DNA of 64,000 bases from Candidatus Staskawiczbacteria bacterium RIFOXYB1_FULL_38_37 (GTDB lineage Bacteria > Patescibacteriota > Minisyncoccia > Minisyncoccales > Staskawiczbacteraceae). The notes below the pieces were generated by a model, which did not search any database, was not told the DNA's origin, and saw only the letters and a program-made list of their open reading frames with translations. Each line of letters starts with the position of its first letter. Positions within the stretch are counted from its first letter, which is position 1. This document shows positions 51,776-60,552 of this stretch, in pieces. The position numbers and the translations under genes were made by a program. The stretch covers positions 7,979-71,978 of the forward strand of contig MHPK01000004.1 in assembly GCA_001822075.1 (NCBI GenBank), read 5' to 3'.

Positions 51776-52487
51776 TCATGCAAAAACAATCATGGCCACA
51801 AAAATGGCTAATGATGCAAAAAAGGGCAAAATATATTCCAAATACGGCAGATTGATTGCAATAGCTGTTAAAGACGGCGGGGGCTCCGGCGACCCTGTAA
51901 AAAATGCCAAGCTCAAAGCTGTTATAGAACAAGCCAAAAGCATGAATATGCCGAAAGAAAATATTGAAAGAGCGATTAAAAGAGGCACTGGGGAATTGGC
52001 TGGAGAAAATTTAGAAGGAGTGTCTTATGAGGGTTTTGGCCCAGGCGGAATTGCCTTGATAATTGAAGGCATCACCGACAACACTAATAGAACTCTTACT
52101 GACGTAAAAGTTATTTTAAACCAAAACGGAGGCAAAATGGCAGGCGAGGGGGCTGTAAAATGGATGTTTGACAGAAAAGGAGATATAGCTATTGCCACAG
52201 AAGGAAAATTAAAAGAGGAGTTAGAGCTTCTTGCAATAGAGCTGGGGGCTGAAGATGTAAGGTGGCGCAATAATTTTTTGGATATTTATACAAAGCCTGA
52301 AGATTTAGAAAAAGTTAAAAAATCTCTTGAAGAAAAACAGATTAAAATAGAATCTGCTTCTTTGGACTGGGTTGCAAAAGAAGAAGTTGAAATTTCAGAA
52401 AAAGAAAAAGAGCAAGCTGAAAAACTTTTTGAAGCATTAGACGAAAACGACGCCATAAATAATATATACTCTAATATAAAAGCATAA
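51762..52487 (+). CDS. YebC/PmpR-family transcriptional regulator
   Basis: MSGHSHAKTIMATKMANDAKKGKIYSKYGRLIAIAVKDGGG...ENIERAIKRG. Confidence 0.9.
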   Translation: MSGHSHAKTIMATKMANDAKKGKIYSKYGRLIAIAVKDGGGSGDPVKNAKLKAVIEQAKSMNMPKENIERAIKRGTGELAGENLEGVSYEGFGPGGIALIIEGITDNTNRTLTDVKVILNQNGGKMAGEGAVKWMFDRKGDIAIATEGKLKEELELLAIELGAEDVRWRNNFLDIYTKPEDLEKVKKSLEEKQIKIESASLDWVAKEEVEISEKEKEQAEKLFEALDENDAINNIYSNIKA

Positions 52488-52502
52488 AATTTTCTCTAAA
52501 TT

Positions 52503-52994
52503 ATGATAATTTTGGGAGTAGACCCAGGGTCTGTGCTGGCAGGATATGCCGTACTCAAAAAAGACAAAAATAAAAAATTAGAGGTTTTGGATTTTGGTTG
52601 CATAAATGTGGAAAAAAGCCTTTCAACTGGAGACAGGCTAAAAAACGTTCACAAAGAAATAACTAAAATCATAGAAAAATACAGGCCAGATGCAATGTCT
52701 GTTGAAAATTTGTTCTTTTTTAAAAACTTAAAAACAGTAATGCCCGTAAGCCAGACAAAAGGAGTTATTTTGCTGGCTGGAGCCCAAAAAAATATTCCTG
52801 TTTTTGAATTTACCCCTCTTCAGATGAAAATGGCAATTGCAGGATATGGGAGGGCTGAAAAAAAACAAATTAAGGAAATGATAAAAAAAATCCTTGATTT
52901 AAAAGGTTTTGACCTTAAAAAAAACCATAGAAAAAAAGACGACGCTTTTGATGCCTTGGGTATGGCAATCTGCGCTGCAATAAAAGCATATTAA
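52503..52994 (+). CDS. ruvC: Crossover junction endodeoxyribonuclease RuvC
   Basis: IILGVDPGSVLAGYAVL, MSVENLFFFKN, DDAFDALGMAICA. Confidence 0.9.
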   Translation: MIILGVDPGSVLAGYAVLKKDKNKKLEVLDFGCINVEKSLSTGDRLKNVHKEITKIIEKYRPDAMSVENLFFFKNLKTVMPVSQTKGVILLAGAQKNIPVFEFTPLQMKMAIAGYGRAEKKQIKEMIKKILDLKGFDLKKNHRKKDDAFDALGMAICAAIKAY

Positions 52995-53025
52995 ACTTAT
53001 TCACAGAGACTCGCTTCTAACGGGG

Positions 53026-53053
53026 TTGACAATAATTCTTGAAAAAATATAAT
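53026..53053 (+). promoter_or_regulatory. Promoter of the small acidic ORF
   Basis: TTGACA - 16 nt - TATAAT. The -35 hexamer is fused to a solo tctaacgggg motif. Confidence 0.6.
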
Positions 53054-53149
53054 TAGTTCAACGGGATAAAATTTAAGAATAAAAAGCTTAATTTTATTTA
53101 GCTAAATCCAGAGGACAACTGAGTTTACTAAAAAATTAAGCTTCAAAAA

Positions 53150-53314
53150 ATGGAAGAGGAATTTTTAACCAGATTAATCAACGAAGACGATGATTTTGAC
53201 GAAGAAAATTGGAGCGATGACGCAGACACAGATTCAGACGACGACGAAAAAGAACAAGACGATGACATGCTTGCCGATGACGACGACGTAGAAACAGGCG
53301 CAGGAGATGAATAA
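53150..53314 (+). CDS. 54-aa extremely acidic protein (not in ORF track)
   Basis: Hand translation: MEEEFLTRLINEDDDFDEENWSDDADTDSDDDEKEQDDDMLADDDDVETGAGDE*. Has its own promoter and terminator. Confidence 0.5.
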   Translation: MEEEFLTRLINEDDDFDEENWSDDADTDSDDDEKEQDDDMLADDDDVETGAGDE

Positions 53315-53335
53315 AAAATCTAAATTATAAAACAA

Positions 53336-53365
53336 AAACCCCGCCCGTCGGCGGGGTTTTTGTTT
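53336..53365 (+). terminator. Terminator of the acidic ORF
   Basis: AAAACCCCGCC-cgtc-GGCGGGGTTTT followed by TGTTTT. Confidence 0.8.
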
Positions 53366-53377
53366 TATGCTTAAATC

Positions 53378-53406
53378 TTGAAAATCAAACAAATTGCGTC
53401 TATAAT
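53378..53406 (+). promoter_or_regulatory. Promoter of the PBP1A gene, implying a leaderless or near-leaderless mRNA
   Basis: TTGAAA - 17 nt - TATAAT. The ATG lies 9 nt after the -10 hexamer, with no SD. Confidence 0.55.
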
Positions 53407-53414
53407 GTATAAAT

Positions 53415-55640
53415 ATGAGAAAAAAAATCACCATAAAAAAAAGCGGGACAAAAAAACCGCTTGAACATCAGTTTTCTCGGCTAAAAAATAAAACATTCAG
53501 CATTATTAAAAAAATATTTTCGCAGAGGATAGTTCTAATTGCTGGAAAGGTTCTCGGCTTTTTATTTATAGCAGGGTGCATATTTGTTTTGTTTTTGTTT
53601 TTTTATTATACCTATGACCTCCCAAAGCCAGAAAAATTTACAGAAACCCCGTTTATAGAGTCAACTAAGATTTATGACAGAACAGGAGAAGTTCTTTTAT
53701 ATGACATATATGGAGAAGAAAAAAGAGAAATCGTGCCTTTTGACAAAATTTCAGATAATATAAAGCATGCTGTTTTAGCCACAGAAGACGCTAATTTCTA
53801 CCAGCACGGAGGCATATCTATTGAGGGGCTGATAAGGTCCGTAATGATAGATTTAAAATTGCAATCTACAAATTACGGCGGCTCCACAATCACTCAACAA
53901 CTCATAAGAACTGTTTATCTTTCAACCCAAAAAACAATTTCAAGAAAAGTAAGAGAGCTTGTCTTAAGCATAGAGTTAGAGCAAAGATATTCTAAAGACC
54001 AAATTTTTGATTGGTACTTAAATGCTATTCCTCTTGGAGAAAATTGCTATGGGGTGGAGGCTGCAAGCAGAACATACTTTAATAAATCAGCCGCTGATAT
54101 TTCTGTGCCAGAGGCCGCCATATTAGCTGCTGTAATACAAGCTCCCAGCAGATATTCGCCGTACGGGCCGAATATAGATAAATTAATGGCAAGAAAAGAT
54201 TATGTCATAGATAGGATGGAAAAAGTCGGCTATCTCACAAAAGAAGAAGCTGAACAGGCAAAAAAAGAAAAAATAGAGTTTGAAAAATCAACAATACCTA
54301 TAAAGGCGCCTCATTTTGTAATGTATATAAAAAAATATTTAGATAATAAATACGGGGAAGATTATTTAAAAGAAAAAGGATTAAGGGTTTATACTACTTT
54401 AGATTGGGATATTCAGGAATATGCAGAACAGGTAGTGAAAGACGCAGATAAAACAAATATCAGCAAGGGTTCAAACAATACAGCAGTGGTTGTTTTAGAC
54501 CCCAGAACAGGAGAAATTTTAGCCTTAATGGGCTCAAAGGATTATTTTGCCGGCCCATATCCGGAAACTGGCGGCGTCTTGTTTGACCCAAAATATGATG
54601 TAGCCACAATGGGGCAAAGGCAGCCCGGGTCTGCTTTTAAGCCTATTGCATATGCTGCTGCTTTTAAAAAAGGATATACGGCAAACACTGTGTTGTGGGA
54701 TGTAAAAACCGAATTTAACCCTGCTTGCGACCCGAGCGGAAATGCTGCATTCAGCGCAAATGGCGCTGCCTGTTACAACCCCCAAGATTATGACGGCAAA
54801 AACAGAGGCCCAGTAACCTTGCGAAAAGCTTTGGCATGCTCATTAAACATACCTGCTGTAAAAGTTCTTTATTTGGCAGGACTCCAAGACACATTGCAGA
54901 CAGCAAAAGATTTTGGCATATCAACCCTTACTGACACCGATAATTATGGGCTGTCTTTGGTTTTGGGCGGAGGAGATGTAAATTTATTAGAGCTCACATC
55001 AGCTTATGGAGTTTTTGCCACAGAAGGAATGTACACTCAGCCTGTGAATATACTAAAAATAGAAGATTCAAGCGGAAATATAATTGAGCAAAATCAAAAA
55101 CAATCCAGAAAAGTTTTAGACACGCAGATTGCAAGACAAATTAGCAGTATTTTATCTGACAACGCGGCAAGAGCTCCTCTTTTTGGAGAAAACTCTCCTC
55201 TGCATATCCCTGGATATGAGGTCGCAGCTAAAACAGGCACTACGCAAAATGCGCGAGACGGCTGGACTATGGGATATACGCCGTTTATTGCTATAGGCGT
55301 ATGGACAGGAAATAATGACAACTCTCCCACAAGAGATGTGGGCGTAGGGATTGCGGCTCCTATGTGGAATAAAATTATAACAAAAATATTAGAGTCTCAC
55401 GATGCTGAAAGTTTTACCCCGCCAGAGCAAATAGCAAATAGAAGCCCTGCTTTATTAGGACAGTTGCAACCAGGCGACTCTAATACTATTTTATATTATA
55501 TTGATATAGATAACCCCTTGGGCCCCCAGCCGACATATCCAGCAAATGACCCGCAATATTCTTTATGGCAAATAGGAATTAACAACTGGCTGATTGGAAC
55601 TGGCCAATACCAATCTTCTATTGCGCCTCCAAATAATTAA
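53415..55640 (+). CDS. Bifunctional penicillin-binding protein 1A (GT51 transglycosylase + transpeptidase)
   Basis: ATEDANFYQHGG, GGSTITQQL, SAFKP (SxxK), KTGTT. Confidence 0.9.
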   Translation: MRKKITIKKSGTKKPLEHQFSRLKNKTFSIIKKIFSQRIVLIAGKVLGFLFIAGCIFVLFLFFYYTYDLPKPEKFTETPFIESTKIYDRTGEVLLYDIYGEEKREIVPFDKISDNIKHAVLATEDANFYQHGGISIEGLIRSVMIDLKLQSTNYGGSTITQQLIRTVYLSTQKTISRKVRELVLSIELEQRYSKDQIFDWYLNAIPLGENCYGVEAASRTYFNKSAADISVPEAAILAAVIQAPSRYSPYGPNIDKLMARKDYVIDRMEKVGYLTKEEAEQAKKEKIEFEKSTIPIKAPHFVMYIKKYLDNKYGEDYLKEKGLRVYTTLDWDIQEYAEQVVKDADKTNISKGSNNTAVVVLDPRTGEILALMGSKDYFAGPYPETGGVLFDPKYDVATMGQRQPGSAFKPIAYAAAFKKGYTANTVLWDVKTEFNPACDPSGNAAFSANGAACYNPQDYDGKNRGPVTLRKALACSLNIPAVKVLYLAGLQDTLQTAKDFGISTLTDTDNYGLSLVLGGGDVNLLELTSAYGVFATEGMYTQPVNILKIEDSSGNIIEQNQKQSRKVLDTQIARQISSILSDNAARAPLFGENSPLHIPGYEVAAKTGTTQNARDGWTMGYTPFIAIGVWTGNNDNSPTRDVGVGIAAPMWNKIITKILESHDAESFTPPEQIANRSPALLGQLQPGDSNTILYYIDIDNPLGPQPTYPANDPQYSLWQIGINNWLIGTGQYQSSIAPPNN

Positions 55641-55719
55641 CCAGATAAAAAATAACCGCCGCAAAATCTTCTCTGCCTGTCCAAAGCGGGTCTTCTTTTT
55701 TTATTTTGATTTAAGCATT

Positions 55720-56844
55720 CTACGTAGACTTTATGGGCATTACAACATAAATATAACTGGCATCTCCCACGGGTTTTAATATGCAAGGGCCCTCTTCTTT
55801 GCTTAAATCAAAGGCAACCTCAGAGCTTTTAATATTAAGCAGGCCATCTGCTAAAAACTTATGATTAAATGAAACCTCTATAGGGTCTCCTTCTATTTTT
55901 GCTTTTATGTTAGATTGGCTCTGGCCAATGTCTGGGGCTTGGGCTGATATCTGGATTTCTCCTTTTTGCGCATCTACTTTGATTTTAATTTCATTTATTT
56001 TGCCTGAAAAAAGCGACGCTGTTTTGACTTGGCTTAAAAACTCATCTCTGTTTAAAATAACATGGGTTTTAAATTTTTTAGGGATAATCTCTTCATAATT
56101 TGGATATTCGCCCTCAATAAGCCTTGATATAACCTGAACTTGAGGGCGGGGGGATTCTTGCATGGGAAATTCAAACATTGTTTGATTGGGCAGAAAATAT
56201 ATTTTTAAATTGCCCTCTTTTTCATCTAAAATATTTATTATTTCTCTGGCTGGCTTTTGAGGGAGAATAAAAGAAATATCTCTTTTTACTGGTTTTTCAA
56301 GCGAGATAGTTTTTTCTGCCAGCCTAAAACTGTCTGTGGCAACTATTTTAATTTGATTTTTAGAAAACATAAAATAAATGCCAGAGATTTCCGGCCTGCT
56401 TTGCGATGGAGACGCAATGTCCACTATTTGAGCTAAACCCTCGCATAGTTTTTTATTATCAACATCTAAACATTCTGAATCTTTAAATTCTGGAATTATA
56501 GGAAATTCTTCTGTATTAAATCCTTGTATTTGATTTTTAAAACTCTTGCACTCAATATATAAATCTTGGTTTTTTTTCTCCAACACAATTTTTTCATTAG
56601 GCAGCAAAGACACAAAACTTGAGAGAAATTTCACTGGCACGGCCACTTCTCCTTTTTCTATAATTTTAGTTAAAATCCATATTTTTACCGCAGTCTCTAA
56701 ATCAGTCGAGCTTAAACTCAAAAAATTTTCCTCGGCGCTTATTAAAACATTGTCTAAAATAGGCAAAGATAAATTCTTGCCAGCCGCTCTTTCTGTAATT
56801 TGCAAACCATTTTTAAAATTTTCTTTTAATATTTCAACTTTCAC
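55720..56844 (-). CDS. dnaN: DNA polymerase III beta sliding clamp
   Basis: MKVEILKENFKNGLQ...LPILDNVLISAEENFLSLSSTDLE. The GTG start lies inside the tctaacgggg motif. Confidence 0.9.
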   Translation of the reverse strand: MKVEILKENFKNGLQITERAAGKNLSLPILDNVLISAEENFLSLSSTDLETAVKIWILTKIIEKGEVAVPVKFLSSFVSLLPNEKIVLEKKNQDLYIECKSFKNQIQGFNTEEFPIIPEFKDSECLDVDNKKLCEGLAQIVDIASPSQSRPEISGIYFMFSKNQIKIVATDSFRLAEKTISLEKPVKRDISFILPQKPAREIINILDEKEGNLKIYFLPNQTMFEFPMQESPRPQVQVISRLIEGEYPNYEEIIPKKFKTHVILNRDEFLSQVKTASLFSGKINEIKIKVDAQKGEIQISAQAPDIGQSQSNIKAKIEGDPIEVSFNHKFLADGLLNIKSSEVAFDLSKEEGPCILKPVGDASYIYVVMPIKST

Positions 56845-56943
56845 CCCGTTAGAATTTGTTTTTATATAATTTTTATATAATTAATTTCAAACAATTTCTA
56901 CTTTAATTAGATTTCCCCCGTTTAAGCGATTTCTAACGGGGTT
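56842..56943. repeat. ~100-bp element bounded by inverted tctaacgggg termini (copy 2)
   Basis: caccccgttagaa at 56842 and tctaacggggtt at 56932. Confidence 0.6.
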
Positions 56944-57168
56944 CATATTTTAGTAATATATTAAATTAAATAATTAATAAACTTATTGTTATTAGTGTTT
57001 GTGTTTTTTGTATTTTTTTATTATTTTTTAAACACTTTTCCTTGGTAAATCGTAAAAAATCACTTGTGAAAATTTTGGGGATAAGGCGGCGGTTTGGTTT
57101 ATTAAATTTTTGTGAATTTTTCTTTTGTTTTTTAATATTATATTTTTAAATACTTTTTATAGTGTCCA

Positions 57169-58527
57169 TTATCCACTATATATCCTCTGCTTTATCAAAT
57201 TTAATTCTTCGGTTAATTTGTTGTTTTCTTCGTTTTCCTGGAGGATTTTTTTGTACGCATAAATTGCTGTTGTGTGGTCTTTGCCGCCGAATTTTCTTGC
57301 AATAGCTGGAAAAGAATATTTTAATTCTTTTCTTAGCAAATACATGGCTATTTGCCTTGGTTTTACAATTTCCTTGCGCCTGGTGGGGTCAAAAAGGTTT
57401 TTTTCTTCCAAATTATAAAACCTAGCGACTGTTTCTATAATTTTTTTATAATTAGCCACGTCAAAAGGAGAAAACACAAAACCTTTTAATAATTTTTTTG
57501 TTGTTTCTATGTCTATTTTTCGGTTTATTTTTTCGTATATAAGCAGTTTATTCAACGCGCCCTCCAGTTCTCTTATATTTTTTTTTACGTTTGCGGCTAT
57601 ATATTCTAAAATTTCTTCAGGCATATTTATGTTTTTTTCCTGAAGTTTTGTTTTTAAAATAACCAATCTTGTTTCATAATCTGGCAGGCTCACATCAGCT
57701 ATCATGCCTCCCTCAAACCTTGATCTCAGCCTGTCTTCAAGCTCTGGTATGGCATTTGGGGGCCTATCTGAGGAAAGCACTATCTGTTTGTTTTTTTCGT
57801 ATAAGGAATTAAAAACATGAAAAAATTCTTCCTGGCTTTTGTTTTTTCCTGCGATAAATTGTATATCGTCAAGTATCAAAATATCTATAGGGGCCAAGCT
57901 CGCCTTAAAAGATTCCATGCTGTTATTTCTTATTGCAGAGACAATTCCAGAAACAAATTTTTCTGAAGAAATATACCTTACTTTCTTTTTTTTAAGATTT
58001 TCTGTTATTTTATTCCCAATAGCCTGCATAAGATGGGTTTTTCCTAACCCCGTGCCTCCATAAATAAATAAAGGGTTATAGGTAAGTCCCGGATTTTCAG
58101 ATACGGCCAGCGCGGCTGCATGAGCCAGCTCATTAAAAGAACCAACCACAAAGCTTTCAAAAGTATAGCGGGGATTAAGATTGGTCTCTTTATTTATTTT
58201 AAATTCATCAAACCTTAATTGGATTTCTTCAGATACTTTATTTTCCTCATCAGCAACCTTAAAAGAGGAGTTTTTGGCTGAATTCGGCCTTATAATAAAT
58301 TCCAAATCTTTTATTGAGTCGTCTATATCGTGCAGTATTTTTAAAATAAGCTTGTTATATTTATTGCTCAGCCACTCCTTAGAAAAAGCATTTGGCACAG
58401 ATATTACTATTTTTTCATTTTCCTTTATTATAATCTCAGTATTTTGAAACCATGTGGCAAAATTAGCCTTAGAAATATGAAATTGCATCTGAGCTAAAAC
58501 TGACTGCCAAAGCTCGATATTGTTCAT
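57169..58527 (-). CDS. dnaA: Chromosomal replication initiator DnaA
   Basis: NPLFIYGGTGLGKTHLMQAIGN, LILDDIQF, C-terminal DNA-binding GGKDHTTAIYA. Confidence 0.95.
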   Translation of the reverse strand: MNNIELWQSVLAQMQFHISKANFATWFQNTEIIIKENEKIVISVPNAFSKEWLSNKYNKLILKILHDIDDSIKDLEFIIRPNSAKNSSFKVADEENKVSEEIQLRFDEFKINKETNLNPRYTFESFVVGSFNELAHAAALAVSENPGLTYNPLFIYGGTGLGKTHLMQAIGNKITENLKKKKVRYISSEKFVSGIVSAIRNNSMESFKASLAPIDILILDDIQFIAGKNKSQEEFFHVFNSLYEKNKQIVLSSDRPPNAIPELEDRLRSRFEGGMIADVSLPDYETRLVILKTKLQEKNINMPEEILEYIAANVKKNIRELEGALNKLLIYEKINRKIDIETTKKLLKGFVFSPFDVANYKKIIETVARFYNLEEKNLFDPTRRKEIVKPRQIAMYLLRKELKYSFPAIARKFGGKDHTTAIYAYKKILQENEENNKLTEELNLIKQRIYSG

Positions 58528-58612
58528 TTGTTGAAACTTGGAACCCTAAACGTAAAACTATAATGTTTTATGTTTTATGCTTCAAGTTTTATGAAGATAA
58601 TATTATATTTTT

Positions 58613-58644
58613 CCCTTTTATTTGATGATTGTCAAATAAAAGGG
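58613..58644. promoter_or_regulatory. Perfect 13-bp inverted repeat between dnaA and rpmH
   Basis: cccttttatttga-tgattg-tcaaataaaaggg. Confidence 0.5.
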
Positions 58645-58668
58645 AAAACACATTAACTGTTATTAAGT

Positions 58669-58677
58669 TGTGTATAA
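58669..58677. promoter_or_regulatory. DnaA box (TGTGTATAA)
   Basis: Matches TGTGNATAA, the complement of TTATNCACA. Confidence 0.5.
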
Positions 58678-58772
58678 CTTGTGAGGCTGGTTTGAATACA
58701 GACGCACAATAGAAAGGGCTTGTATTTCGGCATTTTTTAGGCTATACTGATTGTATTATACTATCTTTAATT

Positions 58773-58781
58773 TTATACACA
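58773..58781. promoter_or_regulatory. DnaA box (TTATACACA)
   Basis: Matches TTATNCACA. Confidence 0.5.
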
Positions 58782-58783
58782 AT

Positions 58784-58918
58784 ATGAGTTTTACATATAA
58801 ACCCAAAAAGAAAAAAAGAGCAAGAGTGCATGGTTTTTTACGTAGAAAAAAGACTAAAACTGGCCGCAATGTGTTGAAAAGAAGGAGGAGAAAAAACAGA
58901 AAAAGGCTGGCCTTATAA
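58784..58918 (+). CDS. rpmH: 50S ribosomal protein L34 (not in ORF track)
   Basis: Hand translation: [44 protein letters not shown]. Confidence 0.9.
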   Translation: MSFTYKPKKKKRARVHGFLRRKKTKTGRNVLKRRRRKNRKRLAL

Positions 58919-58926
58919 TATATAAA

Positions 58927-59268
58927 ATGTTGCCCGAATCAAATAGGATAAAGAAAAAAAAGGATTTTGAGCAAATTTTTAAAAATGGGAAAAGCTTTAA
59001 GGACGGCTTTTTGGTTTTAAAGAAAATAAAAAACAATTTGCCTCAAAGCAGATTTGTTTTTATTATAAGCCAGAAAGTTTCTAAAAAGGCGGTTGTAAGA
59101 AATAAAATCAAAAGGAGGCTGGCGCAAATTATAAGGTCAAACTTCAAAAATATAAAAGGCGGAGCAGATATAGTTTTAATTATTCTGCCCGGAGCGGAAA
59201 AAGAAGATTTTTTGAGCATTAAAAAATCTCTGAATAATCTTTTAGCTAAGGCAAAAATGATTTTTTAA
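58927..59268 (+). CDS. rnpA: RNase P protein component
   Basis: Position after rpmH. Motifs FVFIISQKVSKKAVVRNKIKRRL. Confidence 0.85.
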   Translation: MLPESNRIKKKKDFEQIFKNGKSFKDGFLVLKKIKNNLPQSRFVFIISQKVSKKAVVRNKIKRRLAQIIRSNFKNIKGGADIVLIILPGAEKEDFLSIKKSLNNLLAKAKMIF

Positions 59269-59284
59269 ATAGTATTTTTTTATA

Positions 59285-60013
59285 ATGTTTAATTATATAG
59301 TAAATATCTTTAATATCCTGTTATATAAGCCATTATTTAATTTTTTGGTGTTATTATATAATTATGTGCCGGGACACGATTTTGGCATATCTATTATACT
59401 TTTAACATTGGTTATCAGATTTATACTTTATCCCCTTTCTCTAAAAGCTGTAGAATCGCAAAAAAATATCCAAAGAGTACAGCCCAAAATAAAAGAAATA
59501 CAAGAAAAATATAAAGATAATAAAGAAAAGCAGGCAAAAGAAATTTTAGAGGTTTATAAAACAGAAAAAATTAATCCTTTCGGCGGTTTGCTCTTTCCTA
59601 TAATTCAGCTGCCCATATTGATTGCTTTGTACCAGGTTTTTTGGCAGGGATTAAATCCGCAGGAGCTTTTAAATCTTTACAGCTTTGTTTCAAATCCAGG
59701 ACACATAAACTCTATGTTTTTAGGCGTAATAGACCTATCAAAGCCCAATGCAATTATTGCTATTTTGTCGGGGCTGGCGCAGTATTATCAGACAAAGATG
59801 CTCTTGCCTAAAAAAGACCGCTCAAAAACAGGCAAAGATTCTGATTTTTCGCGAATAATGCAAACACAAATGACTTATTTTCTTCCCGTGTTTACAATTA
59901 TAATACTTTTTGGCCTGCCTTCTGCTCTAGGTGTTTATTGGACAGCCAGTGGAATTTTTTCTATAGTTCAGCAATATTTTATTTTAAAGAAACCTGAAGA
60001 AAAAAAACTATAA
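59285..60013 (+). CDS. yidC: Membrane protein insertase YidC (short form)
   Basis: Position in the rnpA-yidC-jag order. Motifs YPLSLKAVESQKNIQRVQPKIKEIQEKYK, PILIALYQV. Confidence 0.85.
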   Translation: MFNYIVNIFNILLYKPLFNFLVLLYNYVPGHDFGISIILLTLVIRFILYPLSLKAVESQKNIQRVQPKIKEIQEKYKDNKEKQAKEILEVYKTEKINPFGGLLFPIIQLPILIALYQVFWQGLNPQELLNLYSFVSNPGHINSMFLGVIDLSKPNAIIAILSGLAQYYQTKMLLPKKDRSKTGKDSDFSRIMQTQMTYFLPVFTIIILFGLPSALGVYWTASGIFSIVQQYFILKKPEEKKL

Positions 60014-60015
60014 AA

Positions 60016-60522
60016 ATGTTAAACCAAGAAGACATTGAAAAAATTAAAGAGGCCGCAGGGGCGTTTTTTTGCAAGATGACAATTGAACCCTCAAAAATAG
60101 AAGCTGTTTTGTCTTCTAAAAAAATAGATGCTTTGTCCACGGAAGTATCAGGCTATGAAGATAAAGATGTGATTGATTTAAATGTAAAAATAGACGAACC
60201 CCAGATTTTGATTGGAGAAAAAGGCCAGACTCTTTTTGAAATTCAGCGCCTTTTGAGGATGATTTTAAATAAAAGCCTGCAAAAAGTTTTTTATTTAAAT
60301 TTGGATATCAATGATTATAAAAAAAAGAAAGTAGAATATTTAAAATTTTTAGCAAAAGATTCAGCAGATGAAGTTTCTTTTTCAAAAGAAGAAAAAGTTC
60401 TTTTGCCTATGTCGTCCTACGAAAGAAGAATTATCCATACAGAATTATCCCAGAGAAGCGATATTATTACAGAAAGCCAAGGAGATGGCTTTGACAGGCA
60501 TGTGGTGATAAAACCAAAATAG
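60016..60522 (+). CDS. jag: Jag/KhpB-like RNA-binding protein (KH + R3H)
   Basis: LIGEKGQTLFEIQRL and SSYERRIIHTELS. Confidence 0.75.
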   Translation: MLNQEDIEKIKEAAGAFFCKMTIEPSKIEAVLSSKKIDALSTEVSGYEDKDVIDLNVKIDEPQILIGEKGQTLFEIQRLLRMILNKSLQKVFYLNLDINDYKKKKVEYLKFLAKDSADEVSFSKEEKVLLPMSSYERRIIHTELSQRSDIITESQGDGFDRHVVIKPK

Positions 60523-60552
60523 ATTAAAAATTAAATTTGTAAATGCAAAATT

